Origin: a virus | Lineage: Duplodnaviria; Caudoviricetes | DNA: 50,849 bases | Direction: 5' to 3' (one strand) | IMG/VR virus record: IMGVR_UViG_3300033156_000246 | Coordinates: 1 to 50,849 of that record | Shown: positions 36,592-46,612 of the stretch, piece by piece | Position numbering within the stretch: the stretch's first letter is position 1 | How the letters are laid out: the number at the start of each line of letters is the position of its first letter | Made by a program: the position numbers and the translations under genes | The notes under the pieces: model-generated | What the model was told of the DNA's origin: nothing | What the model saw: only the letters and a program-made list of their open reading frames with translations | Database searches by the model: none

Positions 36592-37764
36592 TCATATCAC
36601 CTTCTGCCCTTTAAACCACAGCCCATTCTCAGTAATCTTGAAGATTTCCACACCTTTACTGTTGAGTATCCTCAAGCCATCATTCATCACATTACCATTT
36701 TCATCATACTCCGTAATTCTCCATTTGTTCTTGAATTCAATATCTCCAGAATACACAGTTCCTGCAAAGTAACCATCTTTAAGTTGATTCGAACTGCTTC
36801 CAAGATTATAACTGTTATCTGCAGTTGGAATAAAGTCCCCATCGAAGATGACATCTGATATTGAATGAGAATGTAACTCAGGTGGAAACTCATTTGGCTT
36901 GTCAGGTATGTTATCCCAAAATGGTGAGCTGAAGAAATCAGTTATCTTGCTTCTCGTTAAATCGGGAATTCTTGCAACATCCAAAGTTCCTGAAACTATC
37001 TGACTTGCATCGAGACTTACCTCATCAGCTCCACCAAGCTCGTGCTGAGCAGCATGAAGCTTAGCTGCATAAATTGTGTCGAGAATCTCTTTTGCTGTTG
37101 GAACTGATAACCTGCTACCAACATTACCCTGATAATAAACTCTCACAGTTGTTGACGAACCGCCTGATTCGTATCTTGCATAGAGTTTTAACACTAATCT
37201 GCTTCCACTTGCCATTACGTAATCACTTGGAAGAACGAGTGAAATTAAGAGGTCTTCTCTACCATTTATTACATCACTCAACGCAGATTCGTGGATAAGA
37301 GTTTCAGCACCACCATCCTGACGCTCATACAACCTGTAAAACAACCTAACAGATATGTTGCCTGTTGTTATCTCTGCTTGGCAGTGGAATACATAAACAC
37401 CTAACTTTAGCACAGCCCCATTAGTGGGAGCTATCCATGTAGCTATTTCGTAATCACCTGCCGTATTAGATGAGTATTCAACATATGCTTCAGGTAGTTC
37501 TGGCACAGTTAAGCTCATTGATTTGTACTCTGCAACTTCACTATCCGCAGCGTCTAATAAGAAGTAGTTTATCCCAAGACCGACAGTTGCTAAATCAACA
37601 TATAATTTTCTGGTTGCATCATATGAGTTCACTGGTTCTCCCAAATTGGTGATGAGTAATCCGTTGGCATCTAAGTCAGTTAACAACTGCAGACTGCCAA
37701 TACTTTTTATGTCACTTGACTTTAGCCATTCCTCAGTAAGTCTCAAAGAGGGGGTTCTAATCAT
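36592..37764 (-). CDS. Tail fibre protein
   Basis: ITNLGEP..DATRKLYVD, HAAQHELGGAD, HSHSISDV, P.ADNSYNLGSS fibre motifs. Confidence 0.75.
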   Translation of the reverse strand: MIRTPSLRLTEEWLKSSDIKSIGSLQLLTDLDANGLLITNLGEPVNSYDATRKLYVDLATVGLGINYFLLDAADSEVAEYKSMSLTVPELPEAYVEYSSNTAGDYEIATWIAPTNGAVLKLGVYVFHCQAEITTGNISVRLFYRLYERQDGGAETLIHESALSDVINGREDLLISLVLPSDYVMASGSRLVLKLYARYESGGSSTTVRVYYQGNVGSRLSVPTAKEILDTIYAAKLHAAQHELGGADEVSLDASQIVSGTLDVARIPDLTRSKITDFFSSPFWDNIPDKPNEFPPELHSHSISDVIFDGDFIPTADNSYNLGSSSNQLKDGYFAGTVYSGDIEFKNKWRITEYDENGNVMNDGLRILNSKGVEIFKITENGLWFKGQKVI

Positions 37765-38060
37765 GCTTTTATCACCACCCCATCATATCCAGCAAGTATA
37801 TCTGAAGAACCATTGTTCACAATTTGCAGATACACATCATACGTAACATAGAAGTTGAAAGCAAGCATTGAACCACTTGAAGAATAGACAGATAGTGTGT
37901 TAGTTCCGTCTGTGACTACGATGCTAACATTGGAAACAGAATCAGGTAGAAATATGTTTGTGACAAGCCACGCTTCAGTAGCCGAAGATGGTCTGATGTC
38001 GAGAGTTCCACCGTTGCCTGTTACAGTTGTCAAAGTGGTTATTGGATCACCAACTGCCAT
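37761..38060 (-). CDS. Small beta-rich virion protein
   Basis: Position, Ser/Thr-rich composition. Confidence 0.6.
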   Translation of the reverse strand: MAVGDPITTLTTVTGNGGTLDIRPSSATEAWLVTNIFLPDSVSNVSIVVTDGTNTLSVYSSSGSMLAFNFYVTYDVYLQIVNNGSSDILAGYDGVVIKA

Positions 38061-38095
38061 TGTAAATCACCTTTTTTGTAAAAATTTAAAGGGCA

Positions 38096-38608
38096 TCACT
38101 GTACTGTAACTTCCCATGTGACTATCAATGAATCTCCATCCTGAACGTTGATAGCAGGGAATGTCTGTCTTGCAAGCATGTTTCCGTTTGTGTCTGCATC
38201 AAATATACCGCTTTCTTGTATAGTATACGAACCAGTGAAGTTGAACGTGGCTTCGAACTTGGCTGTATCGTCTGTGACGTTCTTCGTAATAACACTGTTT
38301 GTAGATGCCACTCTGTGTGATTCAGCACCGAGTGTCGTGTTTGTGCTGTCAAGAGCAAGCGTAGTTCCATCGTCAGTACCAATCGCAACGTATCCAAACG
38401 TCGTAGACAGATAGTTTGCAATCATTGCTTTGCCAGTATCAGTAACGAGGTCATCAGCAAACTTCTTGTAACCAAAGAACCTCAGCACTTTGACAAGCCA
38501 CTGCATCAATGGGTGCTTGCTGGCTGTAACTCTGTGTTCAACTATTCTCCCATCTCTTATCAGCTTTACATCTAACTTATCCACAACACCTATACTTTCT
38601 CCAAGCAT
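38096..38608 (-). CDS. Tail fibre-attachment/baseplate protein
   Basis: LVTDTGK, YVAIGT, TIQESGIFD, MLARQTF. Confidence 0.7.
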   Translation of the reverse strand: MLGESIGVVDKLDVKLIRDGRIVEHRVTASKHPLMQWLVKVLRFFGYKKFADDLVTDTGKAMIANYLSTTFGYVAIGTDDGTTLALDSTNTTLGAESHRVASTNSVITKNVTDDTAKFEATFNFTGSYTIQESGIFDADTNGNMLARQTFPAINVQDGDSLIVTWEVTVQ

Positions 38609-38610
38609 TT

Positions 38611-38907
38611 TTACATCACCTCTTTATTCTTAGTCTTAGCTCTCTTCTCCTTGAACTTATTAATAAAGCGATTAATTTTTTCGTCTAACACTTGATCTAC
38701 ACTGTTTTTTCGTTGATTATCTACAATCCTCTTCAGCTCCCACATTAGTTCTTCTTCACTCATCCTATCAACATGCTCTGCTCGGAATCCAACAACAAAT
38801 ATATCGTCTCCATCTTGTATCATAAAATTAACTGTGCCTCGCTCTACCTTTACTTTGATTATATCAAAGTCCACTTCAGGTGATTCTACTATATACGTAA
38901 CCATCAT
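38611..38907 (-). CDS. Hypothetical protein
   Basis: GAGGTGA SD. Confidence 0.6.
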   Translation of the reverse strand: MMVTYIVESPEVDFDIIKVKVERGTVNFMIQDGDDIFVVGFRAEHVDRMSEEELMWELKRIVDNQRKNSVDQVLDEKINRFINKFKEKRAKTKNKEVM

Positions 38908-38915
38908 ATCACCTC

Positions 38916-40778
38916 TTAACTCAAAACAATATGAGTATATCGTCCACCAACGTATACACTGCCTTTTCCACTTGTTGGTACTATTTCTATAACGTTTTCA
39001 CCAGATTGTAAATTTGCAGTTATATCTATTGTAGCCGTTTCTTCTGTACCACCAGTTATTGTGTCTACTGTAGAACCATTTACAATAACTTCTACATTGG
39101 AAGGATATGAAGATACATCTTGAACGTCTTCTGTAACGTTAGGATTATGACCAGTATCACTTGTAATATGACCATGACTGTTGTCTGGAATGGGATTAGC
39201 ATGTTGTTTATCTACAATTGGATGATAGTGCCTACCAACAAAGTATGCATATGCCTTCAGTGTTACAACATCCATGTCAACATTACTGTCAACATTAACT
39301 TCAACACTTATATTATCGCCACCATCATCACGTCCTTCAACAATGAAGCTCACTGGTATTGCTTGATATGTATTAGGAGACACTGCAACATATGTACTTA
39401 ATCTTAATGTATTGTAGTATTCACTTTCTGCATATATTTCAACCATTGCATATCCATATATACTATCATTATTCTCTACTACTAGTATTACAGTCACTAA
39501 TGCAAAAGCAAATCCGTCTGAACCTAGTCCGGAGTCAAGTATAAAAGTCTCGCTAAACGGAACAGAAGAAGAAAGACTAAACTCATAATCTGATGTAACA
39601 ACTGGTGGTATACTTAAATACTCAGTTGATGTAATGTTTGTCAATGCGTTATCTGTTGTTGCAAATCCGACATCACTAGCTGCAGATGTGATATTAGCAT
39701 ACTCAGTACCCGTAGAAAACATTTTCTTGAGGTTGGAAACTGTAACATCTATAGTAAAAGACTCTATGTTGGATACATCATCTATATGCAGTTTGTATTT
39801 AGCTGGTGAAGTACTACTCACAAAGCTCCATCCACCATCATATGTGCTCGTGACCTTTTTGCCCACTTTGACTGTACCAGACATTTCTGTTAGCTTTCCA
39901 CCAAGAACCTCAAAGATGCTCTTTCTTCTAGCGTTGAGATCCATCTTCATCTCGTACATGTCCATATTTATTTCCTGAACAACATATGATGAACCATCAA
40001 CCGTAACCAAGTCTCCTTCGTTGATATTTGGATTCACAGTAGTTGTGATAGATATCCGATGATATGGATTTTGTAGCTCAGAAAGAATAGTACTTGCCAC
40101 TGAAGTGCACTCTTCAGGTGTCTTAGCATCAGCATATTTATAGATAGCTACAGCCGTTTCGTCACTACCAGCTTCACCATATGTATCCTCTTCGTTACCA
40201 AAGACTATTACTTTCGTGATATTTCTCTTGTATGTTTCTTCTTCTACTTCCTTTTTGATATAATCTATTGTACCTTGGTCTGTGCGTGAAGTACCCCAAT
40301 ATACCTTTTTCGTTGAATTATCAAACCACACGTAGTATCCTTTTATTTCCCTAAGCACTTTGAATAATGCAGTAAGCTTATTGGTATATGCAAAAGATAT
40401 GGCTTGTATGGCTGAATTGTCTGAGCTCCCTGCAGTCCAGTCAGTGCCATTTAAGATTGTGCTTATTATATCATCAACGGTTTGATTAGTAAGTGTAAAC
40501 ACATAACTACCAGTGCCATTTTTGACAATTTGTGTTTCTAGCTCTACAGCCCTCTCAATCACAGTGTACCGATAAAGCTTGTCCTCAGTCTCAGTTCTGT
40601 TCTTTATATAACCTATAAATACTATAGAGCCATTATATTTTATTGTGACCTCAGTGTCTAACGCTAAGCTTACAGTTGTAACAAAATCAGCATTGTTGAG
40701 ACTACTAAGTGATTTCGTAATATTAACCTCAGCAATTGGGTATGTGTTTGAACCAACTACTACTTCCCATGTTGCCAT
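38916..40778 (-). CDS. Baseplate hub/central tail protein
   Basis: F.G.I hub N-terminus, second gene after tape measure, beta-rich. Confidence 0.65.
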   Translation of the reverse strand: MATWEVVVGSNTYPIAEVNITKSLSSLNNADFVTTVSLALDTEVTIKYNGSIVFIGYIKNRTETEDKLYRYTVIERAVELETQIVKNGTGSYVFTLTNQTVDDIISTILNGTDWTAGSSDNSAIQAISFAYTNKLTALFKVLREIKGYYVWFDNSTKKVYWGTSRTDQGTIDYIKKEVEEETYKRNITKVIVFGNEEDTYGEAGSDETAVAIYKYADAKTPEECTSVASTILSELQNPYHRISITTTVNPNINEGDLVTVDGSSYVVQEINMDMYEMKMDLNARRKSIFEVLGGKLTEMSGTVKVGKKVTSTYDGGWSFVSSTSPAKYKLHIDDVSNIESFTIDVTVSNLKKMFSTGTEYANITSAASDVGFATTDNALTNITSTEYLSIPPVVTSDYEFSLSSSVPFSETFILDSGLGSDGFAFALVTVILVVENNDSIYGYAMVEIYAESEYYNTLRLSTYVAVSPNTYQAIPVSFIVEGRDDGGDNISVEVNVDSNVDMDVVTLKAYAYFVGRHYHPIVDKQHANPIPDNSHGHITSDTGHNPNVTEDVQDVSSYPSNVEVIVNGSTVDTITGGTEETATIDITANLQSGENVIEIVPTSGKGSVYVGGRYTHIVLS

Positions 40779-40787
40779 CTTGCCACA

Positions 40788-41147
40788 TCACCCCACATAG
40801 AACATACTTACTCTTATTTCAACTGTTTTATAATTCTTAGCGTCATGTTTTAGGTCAATGCTTTCCATCGAGTAGACACCATTTGGTATGTCATCAATCG
40901 TTGAATTAGAAACTGTAATAATCCCATCTGGTGCATTGAAGTTCTTAAAGAAATTGATGATATTGCCATCACTGGTTCTCACCATGAATTCTATGCGTTT
41001 ACTCTCAATGCCTATGTTAACTACAGTTGGATAAAGCACTGGCTTAACCGCATATCTTACAGTGTTCATCACAGTATATGGTTTAACTCCTGATACAGAC
41101 ACTACGTTACTGTTGGGATCTGTATAGCTCAAGTCAATAGACGCCAT
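40788..41147 (-). CDS. Distal tail (Dit-like) protein
   Basis: Immediately after tape measure. Confidence 0.5.
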   Translation of the reverse strand: MASIDLSYTDPNSNVVSVSGVKPYTVMNTVRYAVKPVLYPTVVNIGIESKRIEFMVRTSDGNIINFFKNFNAPDGIITVSNSTIDDIPNGVYSMESIDLKHDAKNYKTVEIRVSMFYVG

Positions 41148-41153
41148 TTTCTA

Positions 41154-42713
41154 TCACCCTAACGAAACTCCTCTATATACAGCATACCTTGTACTCTCAG
41201 ACAATCTCCTTTCAGTTTCTCTCCAATCACTCTCTGACTGTATGTAAAAGTATTGATACTGAGTTATGTTGTTATTTGCAAATTGCTGTGGAAAGAGTCT
41301 CTGCCCAACAATATTAGCTAAATACGGTATAGTCCCCGCAAATGGCACAAGGAATGTACCAAGTTTACCACCAAGACCACCTTTTCCACCTGCAAAACCA
41401 AGTCTGGCACGTAAACTATCAATTGCAGCCATTATCGCTTCTTTAAATACTCTGGTTATCAAACTACCAAGTTTTCTCAGAAGTGCATTATCTCCAGCAA
41501 TCCTATCTATAAATCCTTTGAACCCAGCGTACATTGCACTTAATACTTTACTCTTGAAAGCATCCCACGCTGCTCTTGCCTTACTAGCACCACCTACACC
41601 AAGTATATCTTCAAGTATTCCCCCTTTTCCACCAAATCCAGCTAAAGCACCTAAAGCATCAAGCAATCCAAATACGGCAAATACTGCTACTTGTATTACT
41701 GAAAACAAGCTCTGGAAAAGCGTAATCAGTGGTGTAAGAACAGGTGAAAGTGCAGCTAATCCCCCCATTGCAATGCCAAATTTCTCCACACCAGATTTTG
41801 CATCGAGGATTTCATCTGCTACAGCTTTAATTGCAGGTACTCCAAACCCTTGAAATGTGGACACAAATCCAGCAGCCAAGTCCATGATAAACCCAATAAG
41901 CTTGTCAAATACATCTATAAGGTCTGGTAAGTGAGTGATAAGTGCTTTAACGCCAGTAAGAAGTCCATCCATGAACTCGCCCATTTTGTCGATTAGCTTA
42001 GGGTCAGAGAAGGTTGCTGCAATTACCTCAAAGGTTTCCTTGATGCTCTTTTCCAACTTGGGTGTTGATTTTATGACTCTCGTGAAAAAGGCTAACATCA
42101 ATTCTTGCAATGAGCCAAATGTAGCCTTTAGAAGTAATGAGACATCGACCATGTCTTTAGAGAAGTCTGAGATGCTTTTGTCTCCCAGTATAGCAGATAC
42201 ATCAACACCTTCTCGCCTTGCGATGGACAACCACGTTGCTACACGGAAAGCTGCATTTGCGTAGTCTGAAAGTGCATTTACATTTTGCCTTATGGGGTCT
42301 ACAGTAGATGCAAGCAATGATTGAAGAGACCAGTTCACACCTAGCATTGAAAGAGATGCCCAAACCATGTTAGATGCTGCCCTTCTGAAAGACCTACTCA
42401 TTTTACGTGATCTCTCAGCGATACGTTGCATTAGGGGTAATTCTTCCCGTTGACGACCTTGGACTTCATTAATTACACGCTCATATTTCTTATACTGTGA
42501 GCTAAGCTGTCTAAGTAACTCCATTCTTCTTTCAATTGCAGCACGGTATCTACCAGCTTGCATTACGTCTCCCTGTGCAGCAAAGCGATTCATCTGTTGA
42601 GTAAAACGTACAATGTCAGACTTAGCTTTCTCCATGTTTTGTCTAATATGCTGCAGGACTTTAGACATACCATCTATAGCTTGTATGTCTATTGTTACTC
42701 TCTCACGTACCAT
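41154..42713 (-). CDS. Tail tape measure protein
   Basis: IDIQAID N-terminus, helical A/G-rich, hydrophobic segments, synteny. Confidence 0.8.
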   Translation of the reverse strand: MVRERVTIDIQAIDGMSKVLQHIRQNMEKAKSDIVRFTQQMNRFAAQGDVMQAGRYRAAIERRMELLRQLSSQYKKYERVINEVQGRQREELPLMQRIAERSRKMSRSFRRAASNMVWASLSMLGVNWSLQSLLASTVDPIRQNVNALSDYANAAFRVATWLSIARREGVDVSAILGDKSISDFSKDMVDVSLLLKATFGSLQELMLAFFTRVIKSTPKLEKSIKETFEVIAATFSDPKLIDKMGEFMDGLLTGVKALITHLPDLIDVFDKLIGFIMDLAAGFVSTFQGFGVPAIKAVADEILDAKSGVEKFGIAMGGLAALSPVLTPLITLFQSLFSVIQVAVFAVFGLLDALGALAGFGGKGGILEDILGVGGASKARAAWDAFKSKVLSAMYAGFKGFIDRIAGDNALLRKLGSLITRVFKEAIMAAIDSLRARLGFAGGKGGLGGKLGTFLVPFAGTIPYLANIVGQRLFPQQFANNNITQYQYFYIQSESDWRETERRLSESTRYAVYRGVSLG

Positions 42714-42724
42714 CACTCAACACC

Positions 42725-42886
42725 TCACTTTTCATTCATCGCTTTATTGACCAAAGAGATTACATTGAGGTCAAACAGTAACCTTTCCATCCACTCGTCA
42801 GGATCATTCCACTCGAACAACTCTGAAGGACGCTTGCCACACTGCATCGCTACTAAACCAATAGCGATAAGATCATCCTTCTTGAA
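42725..42886 (-). CDS. Tail chaperone C-terminal extension reached by +1 frameshift
   Basis: Open frame FKKDDLIAIG...KRPSELF...LLFDL fills the gap to the tape measure; TCC-TTT-C at 42884-42890. Confidence 0.65.
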   Translation of the reverse strand, partial: FKKDDLIAIGLVAMQCGKRPSELFEWNDPDEWMERLLFDLNVISLVNKAMNEK

Positions 42887-43205
42887 AGGATTCTTCTGGC
42901 ATCTCCATGTTAAACTCAGTCACCATCTTGGTGAATATTGCAAACTGATCGTCATATGGAATGTCGTCAAATGACTGGAATGGAGACTTGAGTATAATGT
43001 GTGGTAGCACTTTGGTGCACCACTCTTCATACAAGTCTACTATTCTGTCATCTTCGATAATCTCCATTCCAGTTTTCTCAGCATCGTTGGCTATTCTCGC
43101 AAACTTGAGCATAATGCCCATGTGTTTGACACCAATCTGCCCTTTGGGCTTCCACAGCTGGTATTCCCCATTATCCGTCTTAACTGTAACAACCAGCCCG
43201 CTCAT
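42873..43205 (-). CDS. Tail assembly chaperone
   Basis: Between tail tube and tape measure. Confidence 0.7.
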   Translation of the reverse strand: MSGLVVTVKTDNGEYQLWKPKGQIGVKHMGIMLKFARIANDAEKTGMEIIEDDRIVDLYEEWCTKVLPHIILKSPFQSFDDIPYDDQFAIFTKMVTEFNMEMPEESFQEG

Positions 43206-44104
43206 TACTCGGTCACCGTTACTGTTATGTTATCCCCAATCAGTCTCCAATCAAACGACTTAGATAGTGGCTCTTTAGCTGTGACACCAAGTGTACTTCT
43301 TGGATATATCGCAGCGGGTATGTCGATAGTCATTGTGTCTGCACCATCTGACGTCTTGGCAACAATCTGTATATCAGCCATTGTAGGCGTATCCTGTGGT
43401 GAAGTTGCTGTGGTTGAACCAAACAACGCTCTCTTCAGTTCAGCAACCTGTGATGCTTCCAGAGTAACACTACCAGATACTTCAGTACCACCAACTGAAA
43501 TACCATCAAGGTATCGGCTGCCAATGACATAGTTGTCCTCATCAATTCCCCTGTTGATAGTCATACTGAACTCTTTGGCTTTAAGAGTAGAGCCACCTAC
43601 ACTTATAGTTGTGTTCCATATGATATACGGTCTGCCTGCTGATGGTGACGCAGCACTGAATGTGACCTCCTCAATGCTCTTTGCAACGTAGTTTCCAGTG
43701 AACTTCATCACGTCCTTCACGTCGAAGCTGAGCTCTACGCTGGTAAGCAAAACACCCTTTAAGTTATATGCCACATTGTCCTCTGTGCCAACTTCAACCT
43801 GCAGCGATTTTGGAACACTCAGAGAGTAGCTGTACTCACCGTTCACGTCATCGTATGTCTCTGTGCCAAACAATGCTTCGAGAACGTCATTAATCTGACC
43901 TTTTATTGCGTACATAGTGAAGCTATCCCCAATGCTGATTGTGCCATACTCTGCGCCATATGGATTGAATGTCTCGAAATCCTCCAGATAGATTACGTTG
44001 TGGTCAACAGATATGCTGAACTCAGTTGCTCTCACTGCTTGGAGTGTAGCATCACCAGCTCCAAATGAGCTTTCCAGTCCAAGTTTTACGTATCTATTAC
44101 TCAT
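43205..44104 (-). CDS. Major tail tube protein
   Basis: GLESSFG N-terminus, EVSGSVTLE, synteny. Confidence 0.8.
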   Translation of the reverse strand: MSNRYVKLGLESSFGAGDATLQAVRATEFSISVDHNVIYLEDFETFNPYGAEYGTISIGDSFTMYAIKGQINDVLEALFGTETYDDVNGEYSYSLSVPKSLQVEVGTEDNVAYNLKGVLLTSVELSFDVKDVMKFTGNYVAKSIEEVTFSAASPSAGRPYIIWNTTISVGGSTLKAKEFSMTINRGIDEDNYVIGSRYLDGISVGGTEVSGSVTLEASQVAELKRALFGSTTATSPQDTPTMADIQIVAKTSDGADTMTIDIPAAIYPRSTLGVTAKEPLSKSFDWRLIGDNITVTVTE

Positions 44105-44444
44105 AATACACCACCTCTCTGCCTATAAACCTCATAAAACACAAAATCATGTTCCCATCTATTTCGTGGTCAGCACCTTCAAACACATAATTTGGCTCAT
44201 TTAGCGTTTTGATTATTAACTCTTCAAGTTCTACAGCATCAAGACGATTGTTACTGGCAAAACTAACAATTAGCTCTACATCTAAAGTGTATCCACCAGT
44301 AAATCTCTCTTTAACACTGATGCCACCAACGTCTATGAGTATCTCATCATTGCGTCTTAACTCCTGAGGACTGAACACAACCTTATATCTGGTGTTGTTT
44401 TCAATTAAACTCTTTGCAGTTTCAAGCACATCTCTCAAAGTCAT
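44097..44444 (-). CDS. Tail terminator/completion protein
   Basis: Synteny and size. Confidence 0.55.
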   Translation of the reverse strand: MTLRDVLETAKSLIENNTRYKVVFSPQELRRNDEILIDVGGISVKERFTGGYTLDVELIVSFASNNRLDAVELEELIIKTLNEPNYVFEGADHEIDGNMILCFMRFIGREVVYYE

Positions 44445-44932
44445 ACTTTACCTCCAAACCAACGCTTAGCAGCATTTTGTATTGCTTTACGCACTTTTGC
44501 ATAAAACATTCTTTTTAAAGGGAACCTCTTGGTACTAATTCCCGGATGCCAACCTACAAACCTTTCACCATATAACTTCAAGTATAGCGGAATTCTGTCT
44601 TTCCTAAACCTCTTCTCAATAGACGGTATGAATCTGCCTCTTGACCTTCTTGTACCTTTCCAGAAAAATATCGCATGTGGTGGTGTGACCAACTCAAAGG
44701 AATAAGTTTTTGTGGCTACAGCCTTAGCGTGTGGCAATCTTGTAGGCTGGTCTCTACCTGTGCCTTTCCATGCGTCTGCAACTGCCTCTTTCCATGCCTT
44801 CTCAGTGTTTCTCATTAAACCTGCCTTAAATCCACCCCATCTATGCTTACCACGAGGTGTGCTAAAGTCATATGAATCTAACAGACGCTTAACGGCATCG
44901 TAGCGTCTGAGGTGTATTTGTACAGTCATCAT
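44441..44932 (-). CDS. Basic neck/tail-completion protein
   Basis: HAIFFWKGT, HPG motifs; synteny. Confidence 0.55.
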   Translation of the reverse strand: MMTVQIHLRRYDAVKRLLDSYDFSTPRGKHRWGGFKAGLMRNTEKAWKEAVADAWKGTGRDQPTRLPHAKAVATKTYSFELVTPPHAIFFWKGTRRSRGRFIPSIEKRFRKDRIPLYLKLYGERFVGWHPGISTKRFPLKRMFYAKVRKAIQNAAKRWFGGKV

Positions 44933-45336
44933 GGTACTTCTCCAAAAGTACCCGTTGTGGTGAACTGAACAACCCGTTTGCTACTCCCCTCAAAGTCTAT
45001 CGTAAGGTCATCATTAATCACAAAGTCAGAGTTTGGTCTTATAAACATCAGAGCTATGTTACGTAATCTCTCAGCTCTTTCATCCGAATACTCAGGAGTG
45101 CTACCAAGACCTCTTGCAACAACGGAGGTGTAGTTTAAGTATGTGAAATACGTGGCAAGGGAGAAAAGACACTCTTCACGTGTGTCTGCATCTACGTCAG
45201 ACCTGAGAACTAAGTCTAAAAATCTATCTGCTTTTTGTAGAGAACGCAGAATTACCTCATCACTGACGTATTCTTCAGGTACATCACTCAGCTCTTGTCT
45301 AATGTAAAAAAAATATTTGGGGTCAATCATGACCAC
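44929..45336 (-). CDS. Head-tail adaptor
   Basis: Directly after capsid gene; helical, SDEVI motif. Confidence 0.6.
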   Translation of the reverse strand: MVMIDPKYFFYIRQELSDVPEEYVSDEVILRSLQKADRFLDLVLRSDVDADTREECLFSLATYFTYLNYTSVVARGLGSTPEYSDERAERLRNIALMFIRPNSDFVINDDLTIDFEGSSKRVVQFTTTGTFGEVP

Positions 45337-45341
45337 TCAAA

Positions 45342-46187
45342 TTACGCCTTAACACCGGTTATCTTGACAATCCTGTAGTTCTTGCTAGGCTCATCAGGAA
45401 TGACAAAGGTCTTGAAGTAAGCGTTGATTATGTAGTCGTAGCCAACTCCCGGTACTCTTGCCTCTTCAGCCTCTTCATCGGTAAATCTGTAGTGGATAGC
45501 AGTCTCCTCGCTGTTTACAACGACAAGAGCATCAGTGCTCAGATACTTCGTGGGCAGAAGCTTAATTCCAAACTTCTCATCCATGAAGTCAAGAACTGTG
45601 GTATCAGTACCTTCAACCACAGACCTGATGAGGTGTGGGTACACTGGTGATGGTATTGCAACGACAAAGTTCCTGAACGAGTCTTCATTGGTGTTCTCGT
45701 AGATGCTCTCGATAGCCTTTGCAATGTCTTCCCCAATCTTGGGAGTATCTCCGTTCCACGCACCACTTGTCGCAAACGTGTCTCCTACGTAGCTGAGCAG
45801 TTCAGCAAATATCTCGTTGTCCTCAGCTCTTCTGATACCGTTTGCAGCAGCTTCGATAGACCTTCTAACACCAACCTCCGCAGCCCGTCTCTTAATAGCC
45901 TCATCGCTGACCCTGACTTTGACCTGATACTTGTCAAGTGAACCCTTGATGTCACTCCATGTTACTGCCTGAAAGTCCGCAGAACCATACTCGGCAACCT
46001 TCTGTGCAACAAGCTCTGAAGCAGACGGATAGCTAACTATGATGTCAAGTGCATTGACGTCTTCAACTGGAATCATCTGCTTGCCAACAAGCAGCTCGTC
46101 AGCCTTCCTGAGCACATATGTGCTTATCAGCTTCCTAAACAACCCCATGTCCTCGCTCTTAAGAGCCTCAAAAAGCTGGTCAACCAT
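45342..46187 (-). CDS. Major capsid protein (HK97 fold inferred)
   Basis: VAEYG, KY...VSDEAI, EDNEIF, C-terminal IVKITGV; synteny. Confidence 0.8.
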   Translation of the reverse strand: MVDQLFEALKSEDMGLFRKLISTYVLRKADELLVGKQMIPVEDVNALDIIVSYPSASELVAQKVAEYGSADFQAVTWSDIKGSLDKYQVKVRVSDEAIKRRAAEVGVRRSIEAAANGIRRAEDNEIFAELLSYVGDTFATSGAWNGDTPKIGEDIAKAIESIYENTNEDSFRNFVVAIPSPVYPHLIRSVVEGTDTTVLDFMDEKFGIKLLPTKYLSTDALVVVNSEETAIHYRFTDEEAEEARVPGVGYDYIINAYFKTFVIPDEPSKNYRIVKITGVKA

Positions 46188-46200
46188 CTACATCACCTCT

Positions 46201-46605
46201 TTACAGCAACAGAGCCTTAATCTTTCCACCGCTATTCTCAGCCTTGTCCTCAAGTGCAATAGCGATTCTGTCTCCAGTGTTTGTTGCATCATCCTTAAGG
46301 TCGACAACACCAGCGGTGCTAGCATCGACACACAGTGGGTCTCCATAGCTAATCGCCAAGTTGCTTGAGTCAAGCTGAAGCTCAACTATTAGTGCCCTAC
46401 CAACAGGTGCAATTGCAACGTTCTCTCCAGACACAGCGTTACCGAACATGTCAACTGTGCCAGTTAGTGCAACACCAATGACCTCGTCAGAGTCGGTAGC
46501 CTTCTTCACTCCACCATTCGTGGTGTCAAGCGTAAGCACGTATCCGCTGTCGTCAAGTGCGTTCTGACATACAAACACAGGGTATCCTTCATTCACGAGT
46601 CCCAT
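46201..46605 (-). CDS. Capsid decoration/cement protein
   Basis: IGVA, ISYGDPL, AIALE, KIKALL; upstream of MCP. Confidence 0.7.
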   Translation of the reverse strand: MGLVNEGYPVFVCQNALDDSGYVLTLDTTNGGVKKATDSDEVIGVALTGTVDMFGNAVSGENVAIAPVGRALIVELQLDSSNLAISYGDPLCVDASTAGVVDLKDDATNTGDRIAIALEDKAENSGGKIKALLL

Positions 46606-46612
46606 ACCTACA

